A stretch of 64,000 bases of DNA from Octopus vulgaris (lineage: Eukaryota): assembly GCA_951406725.2 (NCBI GenBank), contig OX597823.1:13268001-13332000 (forward strand). The letters run 5' to 3'. The stretch's first letter is position 1. Each line of letters begins with the position of its first letter. Positions 50,081 to 61,381 of this stretch are shown one piece after another. Both the position numbers and the translations under genes were made by a program. The notes beneath the pieces were generated by a model. It was not told the origin of the DNA. It did no database searches and worked only from the letters and a program-made list of their open reading frames with translations.

Positions 50081-50667
50081 GTATGCGTGTATGTGTACAA
50101 ACCACAAGTCTGCGTGTATCTGCGTAGGTATACGTGCGTTGTTTGCTGCTTTAGTCACATAGTTTAACGCCACATATAATTTGTCACAAAGCAAAGCTAA
50201 AAAAATACATATAACCTGTCTGCCGTTATGGCAACAAATCTTTTATCCATTCAAATTTCCTGTGTCTATGAGCATGTGAAACACTTCAGGAAGAATTGTA
50301 GTGGCATTTCCAAGGGAATAACTTCAGGCCACATTATTTCAAGCAGTCTGATATAAACCGCATAGAATCCGTACGATGATCACTTGAAAATTTACTTAAA
50401 GCGACAAAGCACTTACCTCTGATATACTTATTTAAAATATTACTAGCTCTGATCCTAGAAAGTGATAATCATAATACTGCCGATAGCTAACATGTATAGA
50501 GACTGCCTGACACAATATAATAAGTCTGACATAAATGGACAATAATGTATGAATAATTGACAGAGCAACAGTGAAGTATGCGAACTGAAAAGTTCAGGAG
50601 TTAGACAGACGTAGTAAATGAATTGAATATAATTTGGAATTTCCACATGTGCCAATCAACCTTCCTC

Positions 50668-50705
<38 letters not shown>

Positions 50706-50779
50706 ATAAACAATATATATATATATATATAGGATAAACAATATATATATATATATATATAGGATATATATATAGGATA

Positions 50780-50854
<75 letters not shown>

Positions 50855-51072
50855 GGGAATAGTCGTATCTGTAAATATGGTTAGGCAAGTTTCATACTGC
50901 ATATTCTAAAAGTGTACATCTGTATAGCTTTGCTTGCTTGTGTATTGTTATCTAGTCAGTCAATTGTTGGTGCGTAGTTTTATTTTGTTAACTAATTTTC
51001 CTATTTAAGAGGTTTTCAGTCGAAATATTATGTACGATTCTTATATCAGTGATGTTGTCTTTATATCAGTTT

Positions 51073-51470
51073 CTAGCAGTACTGCACAGCGTTGCTCGGG
51101 TTTGTAAGGGAAATAACTATATAAGCATTTTTAGAGATGTAAAGTATAATAGCCATCTCAATATGGTTAAACACAAAGGGGGCGGGTGTTACTGTAGCTT
51201 TTTACGTTCTGAGATTTAATAATAAATTTTTAGAGAGTTGCTTCCCTTATATATGCCAAAAATGCATTAAAAATGGGAAAAAATTGATAGTAATTTTTTT
51301 TTAAATCGTAGACTCATCGAAGACGCGCGCTAATACCCAGAAGGGCTCGATATGAATCACGACTATAAGATACCCGGTTTTGGTTACACTGCACCGCAAA
51401 ATGTGGGAGTAGTTAGGAATCTAAATCGTAGGAGACAGACAGCACACAACCTCACTTTTATATATAAAGA
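51073..51470 (-). mobile_element. Non-autonomous Helitron-like element
   Basis: Minus strand begins TCtttatatataaaagtg after an A and ends ...ccgagcaacgctgtgcagtactgCTAG with a decayed subterminal hairpin. Confidence 0.7.
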
Positions 51471-51626
51471 TATCAGTGATGTTTGTCCTTATGCAAGCAA
51501 ATGCCTTGTAAATTTCGGTAATCTTTTCTAGCCAGAGTGTAATATTTTACAACGTTTCAATACTCCTATGGCTACTTTGATCTAGCTGAAGTTTAACTTG
51601 ATATTATTAGAGCTATATATTATTAG

Positions 51627-51848
51627 AGGCGGCGAGCTGGCAGAATCGTTAGCACGCCGTGCGAAATGCTTAGAGGTATTTCGTCTGTCTTTACATTCTG
51701 AGTTCAAATTCCACCGAGGTCGACTTTGCCTTATGTCCTTTCGGAGTCGATAAATTAAGTACCATTTGTGTACTGGGGTCAATCTAATCGACTGGACCCA
51801 TCCCACAAAATTTCAGGCCTTGTGCATATAGTAGAAAGGATTATTAGA
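51627..51848 (+). mobile_element. tRNA-derived SINE family B
   Basis: ggcggcgagctggcagaatcgttagc head, gagttcaaattcc B box. Confidence 0.88.
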
Positions 51849-51849
51849 G

Positions 51850-52150
51850 TCATTTATGAACGGCGGTTTCGTATTAACCTGCAACAAAAATAGCCACCGA
51901 TTCGAAAGATTTAGAAACGATTCAATAAATAGTTTTAGAAATTCGGATCTGAAAGTTACTATGACTCCTAAACATAACATAGTCAATTGTTTAGACATTC
52001 CCCTGAATCTAACATTAAAAGCTCACATACCTTATTGAAAATCTATTCCTAAACAGATTACATATTGCATCCACAAGTGTTCTAACCACACGTTGCATAT
52101 TCTGAAAAGATTGTCCCACAACATCATTTGAAGATCATCAAAGCTATCTA
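51850..52150 (+). pseudogene. Hydra-type PLE RT C-terminal fragment
   Basis: LKVTM..IVNCLDIPLNL..PY*K..IHKCSNH, a decayed VNFLDV.LNL..PY.KP..SNHP motif. Confidence 0.65.
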
Positions 52151-52486
52151 TCATCTAGGGATTTTTTTCAAAGTTGTTAGTTGTGGAGTATGATAATTTT
52201 ATGTTATATTTGCTTATTAGTTTGTAGTGGTTGTTTTTGAGGTACACGTATTTTTGCAGTATTTTGAAAAATAATTCGGCAATAGGTATGGAAGTATGTA
52301 TGAAGTGGAGGTTAAACCAGAGAACAGTCCATTTTCAATTATTAGGTATATTATTTATTGTGTATTTAATTTATTTTGTTAATTATATATTTTGCAATTT
52401 TGTCTTGTAGTGGCAGTTATTGAGAGCTTCATCATACAAAGATACTATTTCGCTTTGAAGTATATATATATGTATGTATCTATGTA

Positions 52487-52633
<147 letters not shown>

Positions 52634-52638
52634 CTATG

Positions 52639-52688
<50 letters not shown>

Positions 52689-52918
52689 CGATTACGTTTT
52701 GCTTGTTTTGCTAAATTTTTCTTGAGAACATTTCTTAGTGGTAAGACCATAGCGGATCTATTTCTAGCATAAGTGTGTCCACATATTAGTTTTCCTCTAA
52801 TATGCATATAATACAATTTTACTGAACCTTCACTTTTTTATATGCTAGACCACTGGTGTGAAATCGATGTTAATTAAATTAATATCTAATTTCTCACCCT
52901 CATTTTAAATGTAAATAC

Positions 52919-52975
<57 letters not shown>

Positions 52976-53904
52976 TGTGTGTGTGCGTGTGTGTATGTAT
53001 GTGTGTATGTATGTATACACACATACATAGAGAGAGAGTGAGCTATCTGTTTATTTAAATCTATACCTATTGCATTGTATTACATTATCATTCTTTGTAT
53101 TCGAATATATTTCGGATTCATTGCGCTTTCAAGTTCCGTCTCTTGTGATTCGATTCATTAAAACTGTGATCTGAATGCAAAATATGTGAATATTTATTCT
53201 TGAAAATTTCGGAGATCACACTTTGGGAAAAAGCATGATCTGAAGGCTTTTGTTAAAACTGGAATAATCACAACGTAGAAATATCATTGAACCTTCTCAC
53301 AGAATAAAAGTATAGTGAATTTTTGCATGTTTTTAGGTACGCTATATTTTATGATGAGGTTTTACCCAGCAGTACCTTCTAAAACAGGATCGAATACGTC
53401 CTGCTACAAGAATTCTGTAATGCTAGAAATACCAGGAATATGTAGCATGATGGGAGAACCAGTGAATGTTACAGTGAAACCAGAAATTCGTACAAAGCGC
53501 CGCGGTCTATAACCAAACTAAATACTATTGTTGCACAACAATACACGCTCACAGACGGCCACCCACACCGTTGAAACCAATGACGAATTGGGTTTAAGTT
53601 TGCTGGGACACATCGCATAGCGTCCAGATCTCATCCGAAGCGACTATCACATCTTTGGATTGCTCAAATTTAATATACAAGATCGAAGAATTATTACGAA
53701 CGAATAGTGCAGGAGGCGGTACATAAATAGGTGCATGATGAGCCGAAAACCTTTTCCAATAGGTTAAGGAAGTATGTTGATGGACGAAGAAGTGCAGCAA
53801 AAAGCAATGAGTCTATGTCGAAAAATGATGTATTTGTTCAACTCCTATTTCTGTTTTAATAAATCACAGAAACATGGGTGGGTATAATTTTTGACTTACA
53901 TTAG

Positions 53905-53948
<44 letters not shown>

Positions 53949-53980
53949 GATCGATCGATCGATCGATATATCTATCTCCA

Positions 53981-54013
<33 letters not shown>

Positions 54014-54203
54014 ATATATATATATATATAGTTACATACATACATATATAATTTCAGTAAAAACAATTAAGATTCAAGTGGGTTCCAATGAATTCACATG
54101 AATGCGGTATTTAATTTAGATGCACCAGAAATCTTTATGGTCTTAACCATAAAATAATGTGGGGTGATTATAAACAAGAAAAAATCAACAAGAATGGATT
54201 AGT

Positions 54204-54297
54204 TGTTCAGTACAATTGTTTCATACGAAGAACAGATTTATTAAAAGCTGCGAATATTGCAGCAAATACAAGTGTCCCGTATTCATCAGCCAAAACA
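54204..54297 (-). ncRNA. Type I hammerhead with extended stem II and canonical core
   Basis: tgttttgg CTGATGA atacg..cgtat GAAA caattGTA ctgaaca. Confidence 0.8.
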
Positions 54298-54538
54298 CAT
54301 ATGAGTTTTCCAAACATCCTAGGGGATGAGGCTACACTCATGAAGTATCGAAGAGAGTTCTATGAAAAGCAAAGTTAGATTGTAAGCAGACTTAAAATGT
54401 TCTCTAATGATGCACAGTTTTATAAAATGTTTTTAAAAAAGTTTGTTAGCTACACAGAAAAGGTAAATCCATCCATGATAATGTAGGTGTAATAATAATA
54501 ATAATATTAATATCAATAGGAATAATAATGATAACAAT

Positions 54539-55245
54539 ATGAGCAATGCAAATAGAGAAAATATCGGGAATGAAGACAACATTGATATCTATAGAAGCAA
54601 TATGCATTCGGATATAAATACAAGCAATAATAGTAGCAATACCAATAATGTGAGTAATTATGATATGGCTATACAGCTAAATGATAGTGTAAGCGGATCG
54701 ATAAATGATAACACTGCTTTAGATAACAACATTACCTATAATAACGATAATTATACTCATAATAATCTGAATAGCAGCAATATGGGATATCTATCCTTAA
54801 ATAATTCTAAATCTGAAGATGATCCCCCTAGGTGTAACTGTAGGATTAAGTCAAAATGCCCGGCACCTGGTCTGCGTGGGGTCCATAACGTAATCTATAA
54901 ATAACTACCGAGAATAGCAATTTTTTTTATTTGGGTTGTACTATAAAATTTAAACAAAGAGTTAGCAACCATATCTCCTCATTTAAGTTACGCCATAAAG
55001 CTGGTTGCACCACACTTTCAAGTAAGATCTGGGAACTCAAAAATAATAATATTAAATATAACCTTAATTGGGAAATAGTTAGAAGAGCGATGCCTTACAG
55101 AAATAACAGGGTAGGTTGCCAACTCTGCTCCATGGAGACATATGAAATTTTAAGGCATAGAAAAAATAAAAATTTGTTAAATAACCGTATCGAATTAGGT
55201 TAATCATGTATTCAGTCAAAAATCAAGACTCTTAAATATTTTAAA
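54539..55245 (+). pseudogene. Asn-rich linker + GIY-YIG endonuclease, frameshifted
   Basis: CNCRIKSKC (CxCx5C), VIY..YLG, FKQRVSNH..F, TTLSSKIWELK, CQLC..E, split over two ORFs. Confidence 0.85.
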
Positions 55246-56417
55246 TAAAAATCGTATAGAATAATCGTATAGAGCTAGGTCTATCTTGTTTTTACTAAAA
55301 AAGCAAAAATATATAATTTAAATAGATATCTGTGAGCTCTTCTACTGGTGTTCTTTCTTTCTAACTGTACCTGTTTTAGAACACAAAGAAACAAATAGTA
55401 TTTGTACGTTGCCAAAATTTTAATTGACTATATAGTTAATTTAATTTAATCTAATTCAATTTAACCCAACTTAAATCAAATAAATTGCTAATACTTCCTA
55501 ATTCTATTCTAAGTTTAATAAGTAATGCTATTCCCATAATAATACAAAGAGTTTTCACTATAATTTTCACTATATTTTGAATAAGCAATACTCTCACACC
55601 TTTTACTATAGACATTAATTGACCTCTAGGTATAGACCTAAAGTCTGTCTTACAATGTATTAACATTAGTATAAATAGAAACAATAATAAATAAATAACC
55701 TCCTGTTCTAGTGTTGCACTTAACTTTCTTAATGTATTTTCCTCTACTGATAGCATTTGACCCCTTTGATACTTCCTTTTGATGCTTTCTTTTGTTCTCT
55801 TTATATTCTTTAACCCGCCATTAACTCTGTAGGAGTGGCAGTTAATAGCTGTATGATGGTCAAAAAGAATGTTCTCTTATAAATTATAAATCTTAGATTC
55901 CTGCAACACTGACCTAGATTTTCTGTCACCACAGAAATAAACTAAACTTTGTAGGTTGTGTACTTAAACCCCCTTCCTCACACAATACCCTTATTTGGGC
56001 GGTTTCTGCTTCACTGATTTCTTTTGCGACTTCTTTTAGCTAATATAGCCAATCTCTTCTTCCAACATAGTAGTTTTGTGAAACGAATAGAAGTGTGATC
56101 AACGTCTTCTCCCCATATATCGGGAAATTACATCTACATTATTATGGATACATTCATCTTCTCTGAGAATAAAATCTCTTCTCATATCTCCGGAAATTAC
56201 ACCTACATTATTATGGATGGATTTACCTTTTCTGTGAAGCTAACAAACTTTTTAAAAACCTTTTATATAACTGTGCATCATTAGAGAACATTTTAAGTTT
56301 GCTTACAATCTAACTTTGCTTTTCATAGAACTCTCTTCGATACTTCATGAGTGTAGCCTCACCCCCTAGGATGTTTGGAAAACTCATATGTGTGTTGGCT
56401 GATGTGTACATACATAC

Positions 56418-56483
<66 letters not shown>

Positions 56484-56567
56484 AAGGGTGAAAAGGAACA
56501 CACGAGTTGATATATATGAAAAAACAAGTAAAAAATAGAAAATGCTAAAATAATTTTATAGTGAACA

Positions 56568-56611
56568 TTTCAGTACCGGTTTCGGTCATTTTGAGACCTT
56601 TTCAACTGTAA
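56568..56611 (-). ncRNA. Minimal type I hammerhead, U3-A8 core
   Basis: Reverse complement of 60066-60109. Confidence 0.75.
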
Positions 56612-56937
56612 CGATTAAATAATTAAATTTAGAAAAATTAGAAGAAAAGTTTTTTTAAAAGAATATTTCTATAGTAGTGTTCAGATTTAAGTGGCATTCT
56701 GCCTTTCTCTGACTCCCTTGTTTGCACTTGTGTGTTCGAGGTAGTTGTGAGTTCTTGGTAGGGTAGTAGAGGGAAGGCTGGTGAGGAAAGGGGGTGGGAG
56801 AATCTGGGAGTGCCCTGATGGTCGTATTTTGAATGGTCAGTGGCGGCTGGCAGTCTCAGTTCAATTCAGGATTGTTTATAGAATTAGCGTAGGTGTTATA
56901 CTAAAAAACATTAGTGACAAACTTAAGGGGTAGGGGG

Positions 56938-57215
56938 TGGAGAAGAAGAAGAAGAAGAAGAAGAAGAAGAAGAAGAAGAAGAAGAAGGAGAAGGAGAAGA
57001 TGATGGTGATGGTGGTGATGATTATGACGACGATGATGATGATAACGATGATGATGAAGAAGAAGAAGAAGAAGAAGAAGAAGAAGAAGAAGAAGAAGAA
57101 GAAGAAGAAGAAGAAGAAGAAGGAGAAGGAGAAGATGGTGGTGATGATGGTGGTGATGATGATGACGCCGATGATGATGATAACGATGATGATGAAGAAG
57201 AAGAAGAAGAAAAAA
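56938..57215. repeat. Compound (AAG)n/(ATG)n microsatellite in the PLE 3' UTR
   Basis: Directly visible alternating blocks. Confidence 0.93.
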
Positions 57216-57343
57216 ACAGAGAAGGGAGAATATGAATGGGTGTAAATATAGCTATGAAGGGGCTGATTAGTAATGGATTCTATGGAGTGTAGTATTTGTG
57301 TGTGTATATATATTTTTTTCTTTTATTGTAAAGTTGAGGTATA

Positions 57344-59497
57344 TTAATTGTTTGTCGTAGACCCGTTAAGAAGTGGCTTGTATTTTGTAATAAAGAGATT
57401 TTCTTTACTTATTCTTTGTCTCGAGGTTGTATCGTCCCTAAATTGGTAGAGGGGGAAAATTCTGAAGTTTGGTGTTTTTTTGTTGGCGCAAGTATCTATG
57501 TGTTGGCTAAAAGCTATTTTTCTGTTTTGGGGAATTTTTATCTGGGATCTGTGCAGGGCCATTCGTTTACGCAAACCATTTTTTGTTTGGCCTATGTACT
57601 GCTCTTGACACCCGGAGCAGGTTAGTGAGTATATTAGGTTCTCCGAAGCACATGTGAAGTTGCTTTTCACTGTAAACCGTTGTCCCTGTTTGAAGGAGAA
57701 CTCCGAACCCTCGATTAGATAGTCGCATATCCCGCAATTGGGTCTTCCACATTTTTTTACTGTCGGCTTCTGTGTTGAAGAGTGAATTCGGGCTTGTGTA
57801 AGGAGACTTTTCATGGATCTAGGCTGTCTTTTGCTTTTTATGATCGTGTGTGTTTGGAGGATTGTGTTCATTCTGTGGTCTTTTTTTAGGAGGGGTATGT
57901 TGTGGAGGATGGTGTCGAAGGCTTCGTTATTGAGAGGGTTGTGTGTGGAGATGTATGGTAAGGCTTTTGGTTGTAAGTTTTTCTTTGATTTGGGATGTCT
58001 CAGTTCCTTGATGTTAAGTTGAAGGGCACGTTGAATGCACTTGTCAATAAGTGAAGGTGGATAGTTCCTGGTGATTAGGGTATCTTTTAGTTCTTGTAGT
58101 CGTGTGTCTCTGGTGTTTGCGTTAGAGACTATAGTGCATATCCTTTTTGCTAGATTGAAGGGGATATTCATCCTGGTGTGTCTGGGGTGGCATGAATTGA
58201 ATGGAAGATATTGCTTAGAGTCTGTAGGCTTATAGTATATGTCTGTTTCTATTATATTATTAGCTTTCTTAATGAGGATATCGAGGAAGGGGAGTTGTTG
58301 TTGGCTATATTCCATCGTGAATTGGATGTTTACGTCCAGTCCGTTTAAAATTTTCTGGAATTCTATGAGTTTTTCTATATTTTTATGCCAAAGGATGAAA
58401 CAGTCATCTAGATATCTCTTCCAGTTGTTTTCTATGTAGATGGAGAAAGGGCTGCCATATCTTTCTAGAACCTTACGATACAGACTGATCTCTAGGTATC
58501 CTATGACTAGGTTGGCAAAGGAGGGGGCCATTCGTGTACCCATCGCAGTCCCCGATTTTTGTCGGTAGAAGTTGTCATTGAAGGCGAAGAAGTTATTTTC
58601 CAGGATGAATTTAACCCCTTCTATCACAAATTCTTTTTTGATGCGGTGTGGTAGTTCGTTGGCGTGATTCTCTAGCCAGAATTGGATTGCCTCTAGTCCT
58701 AGGTTGTGGGGGATATTGGAGTAGAGGTTGACTACATCGAAGGATACCAGTATTGTGTTTTTGTTTATAGTATTCGGTAGGTGATTGAGCATATCTAAGT
58801 CGTCCCTTATATAGCTTTTGACATGTTTGAGGAGTGGTTTTAACAGGGTGTCTAAAAAGTTACTGAGGCGGTGGGTTTCGCATGCGGGACCTGCTATTAT
58901 GGGTCTCAATTTGAGGTCATTAGGATTAGGGACTTTAATTATTTTGTCTGTAGCTATCTTGCATGCGTTGCTTATTTTTTCACTTTTGTGGATCTTAGGT
59001 ATACCGTAGAATTGGCTAGTTTTACTTGTGAAATTGGTCATATAATCATATTCTTTGTCGGTGAGCCCTGCTTTGTATGGGTTTAATATGGATTTTAGTT
59101 CCCTCATTATTTTTTGTTGACTGTAGTTTTGTGCCTTTTCATAGTATGTTGTGTCTTCCAGCATAGAAAGTACCAAAGTTATGTAAAATGTCGTATCCAT
59201 TAAGACAACAGCACTCCCTTTATCGGCCTCTTTGATTGTTATTGTTTTATCTAGTTTTAATTTGTTCAACTCAGCCCATTCTTTTTTGCTGAAGTTTGGT
59301 TTGTGTTTTTGTTTGTGCATATGTTGATATGGGTAATTTGATATGTGGTCACAGAAATCATCAAGTGTTTTATTCTTACCTTTCGAGGGGGTGTAGTTAC
59401 TCCTATTTCTGGCTAACGATTCGTCCTCGTTGTATTTATCGTATAGCTCCTCAGTAAGTCTTAATTTTCTGCAGAATTCTGCGATGTCTTCTTTCAT
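57344..59497 (-). CDS. Penelope-like reverse transcriptase + GIY-YIG endonuclease (frame open upstream to ~59698)
   Basis: EADKG, PKIHK, RPII, FDVVNLY, GTAMG, RYLDD, FLDI, SCHP, CGRPNCGIC linker, LIY..YIGQT; uninterrupted 717 aa. Confidence 0.96.
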   Translation of the reverse strand: MKEDIAEFCRKLRLTEELYDKYNEDESLARNRSNYTPSKGKNKTLDDFCDHISNYPYQHMHKQKHKPNFSKKEWAELNKLKLDKTITIKEADKGSAVVLMDTTFYITLVLSMLEDTTYYEKAQNYSQQKIMRELKSILNPYKAGLTDKEYDYMTNFTSKTSQFYGIPKIHKSEKISNACKIATDKIIKVPNPNDLKLRPIIAGPACETHRLSNFLDTLLKPLLKHVKSYIRDDLDMLNHLPNTINKNTILVSFDVVNLYSNIPHNLGLEAIQFWLENHANELPHRIKKEFVIEGVKFILENNFFAFNDNFYRQKSGTAMGTRMAPSFANLVIGYLEISLYRKVLERYGSPFSIYIENNWKRYLDDCFILWHKNIEKLIEFQKILNGLDVNIQFTMEYSQQQLPFLDILIKKANNIIETDIYYKPTDSKQYLPFNSCHPRHTRMNIPFNLAKRICTIVSNANTRDTRLQELKDTLITRNYPPSLIDKCIQRALQLNIKELRHPKSKKNLQPKALPYISTHNPLNNEAFDTILHNIPLLKKDHRMNTILQTHTIIKSKRQPRSMKSLLTQARIHSSTQKPTVKKCGRPNCGICDYLIEGSEFSFKQGQRFTVKSNFTCASENLIYSLTCSGCQEQYIGQTKNGLRKRMALHRSQIKIPQNRKIAFSQHIDTCANKKTPNFRIFPLYQFRDDTTSRQRISKENLFITKYKPLLNGSTTNN

Positions 59498-59634
59498 TTC
59501 ATTGTAGTTGGGGTGTTGTGGGGTGGGTGTAAACTTGAGTCCTTTGGAAAGTATGTTTATTTGGTTTGCTGTTAGTTCCTTGTGAGTTAGATTAATAATT
59601 TTTATTACTTTTGGTTCCTCCTGCTTGTTTGGTG

Positions 59635-59940
59635 CTATCTTGTGTCTCTGTGTTTGCGTATTGGGTCTAAAAAATGAATGCGGTGGTTGGGACGGTAGCT
59701 AGTATATAGTTGTTCTTTGTTGATTAGGGGTCTCCTGTTGTGATTTGTGGTGTGTGTTCTTGGAGCAGTATTGAGGAGAGCATCCCGATATCCCATATTC
59801 GGGTGTGGTGTTCTAGGAGGCCTTCGTTGGTAATCATTGCAAGTGGTGTGGGTTTGTTGTGCATGGTTGTTTAACCGGTTAATGGGACGAAGATTTCGTT
59901 GGTAACTCCTTTGGGTGGGGATGAGGTTGCAGTGTCTATG
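59635..59940 (-). CDS. 3' end of an upstream basic ORF/N-terminal region of the PLE, 5'-truncated
   Basis: Open R/H/N/P-rich frame ending HFLDPIRKHRDTR*, overlapping the RT frame in -1. Confidence 0.55.
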   Translation of the reverse strand, partial: HRHCNLIPTQRSYQRNLRPINRLNNHAQQTHTTCNDYQRRPPRTPHPNMGYRDALLNTAPRTHTTNHNRRPLINKEQLYTSYRPNHRIHFLDPIRKHRDTR

Positions 59941-60065
59941 CTGTGGGTGTTGATGCCACTTAAATGCTGTGGGTGTTGAATGCCACTTAAATCTGAACAC
60001 TACTATAGAAATATTCTTTTAAAAAAACTTTTCTTCTAATTTTTCTAAATTTAATTATTTAATCG

Positions 60066-60109
60066 TTACAGTTGAAAAGGTCTCAAAATGACCGAAACCG
60101 GTACTGAAA
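60066..60109 (+). ncRNA. Minimal type I hammerhead, U3-A8 core
   Basis: ttacag TTGAAAA ggtc-tcaaaat-gacc GAAA ccgGTA ctgaaa; palindromic accggt stem III. Confidence 0.75.
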
Positions 60110-60155
60110 TGTTCACTATAAAATTATTTTAGCATTTTCTATTTTTTACTTGTTT

Positions 60156-60216
<61 letters not shown>

Positions 60217-60268
60217 GTGAAGGAAAGACATGGAGCCGAACGAAGATTCTACAAAATTCCTTTTTATT

Positions 60269-60354
60269 ATTTTCTACACATGTTTCAAAGGCTGCAAATT
60301 CCCAAATTCGGATTGAATAAGGAGACCATTCTGCAGATTTCTCTTCAGGAAAAT
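60269..60354 (-). ncRNA. Type I hammerhead with extended stem II
   Basis: Near-identical reverse complement of 61005-61090. Confidence 0.78.
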
Positions 60355-61004
60355 CCAGGAATTTAAAATCTCAAAACAAATGCGCAGCAAGCTTTTCGAA
60401 CAAAACGCTCCCTAGGAGCCCATGGTAAAAATGGCACAAAACTGTCTCTCAATATGCGCTGACGTCAGAGTGGGTGAAGGCCGACGAAAAAATCGTTGGA
60501 ATAAACCTAGGTCAAACCACGGTCAAATCAGGTAGGGGAAGAATCACAGAAAACCCAAAGAGTGTGAATATATTCTGTATAACTAGTGTTAATTTTCAAA
60601 TTGTCTTAAGAATGACAATTATCTTATTTGGGTGTGAGGAACTACCTACATGTATGTGTGTGTGTATGCGCCTATGTATGTGTGGCAGTATGTTAGGAAG
60701 CAGCTAGAGAGAAAATATATTGTATTGTAGGCATTGCTGGTCAAGCGGCTGATAAAATTCTGTGTCTGTGTGTTCGTCTATGACCAGTTTATATACAGAT
60801 GACTTCTCAAAAAACAGGGGAGTATAATCCCTGATATTGTTTCTAAAAAAAGTAGCAGAACATACGCTAAAAGGGGAGTAATTTCTCCTTTCAATTTTAA
60901 TTCAAAATTTTTTCCAAATTTGTGCCATTCTTACCATGGGCTCCTAGGGAGCGTTTTGTTCGAAAAGCTTGCTGCGCATTTGTTTTGAGATTTTAAATTC
61001 CTGG

Positions 61005-61090
61005 ATTTTCCTGAAGAGAAAGCTGCAGAATGGTCTCCTTATTCAATCCGAATTTGGGAATTTGCAGCCTTTGAAACATGTGTAGAAAAT
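61005..61090 (+). ncRNA. Type I hammerhead with extended stem II
   Basis: attttc CTGAAGA gaaagctgcagaat..atttgcagccttt GAAA catgtGTA gaaaat. Confidence 0.8.
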
Positions 61091-61303
61091 AATAAAAAGG
61101 AATTTTGTAGAATCTTCGTTCGGCTCCATTTCTTCCCTTCACTAAATATATAAAACTTCAATTATCCGCGCTAAAGCACGGGGGCGAAACCCCATGGTCG
61201 TAACCTCAACCGTGTCTTTTCTGGTGTGATTTTTGCTACACAGGTATCGGTTAAATTTTGAATAATCCGTAACAAGATAATTCATTTATCCATTTCATTA
61301 AAC

Positions 61304-61379
<76 letters not shown>

Positions 61380-61381
<2 letters not shown>

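Larger units (their letters stand above)
54055..56405 (+). mobile_element. Hydra-type PLE, 5'-truncated, with inverted pseudo-LTR
   Basis: 54284-54492 is inverted at 56196-56404; endonuclease remnant inside; TA-rich arrays at both ends. Confidence 0.85.
56480..60165 (-). mobile_element. Young Neptune-type Penelope-like element with ~190-bp inverted pseudo-LTR, in (TA)n
   Basis: 56512-56699 is inverted at 59977-60165, apparently without mismatch; intact RT-EN frame inside. Confidence 0.92.
60212..61305. mobile_element. Non-coding foldback remnant of a PLE family related to 39368-41998
   Basis: 60212-60440 is inverted at 60919-61148; 61148-61300 is homologous to 41850-41995; TA arrays on both sides. 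Confidence 0.85.

Noticed and set aside
53560-53800. Possible decayed GIY-YIG on the minus strand
   Set aside because: Only faint LYI..DV similarity; insufficient.
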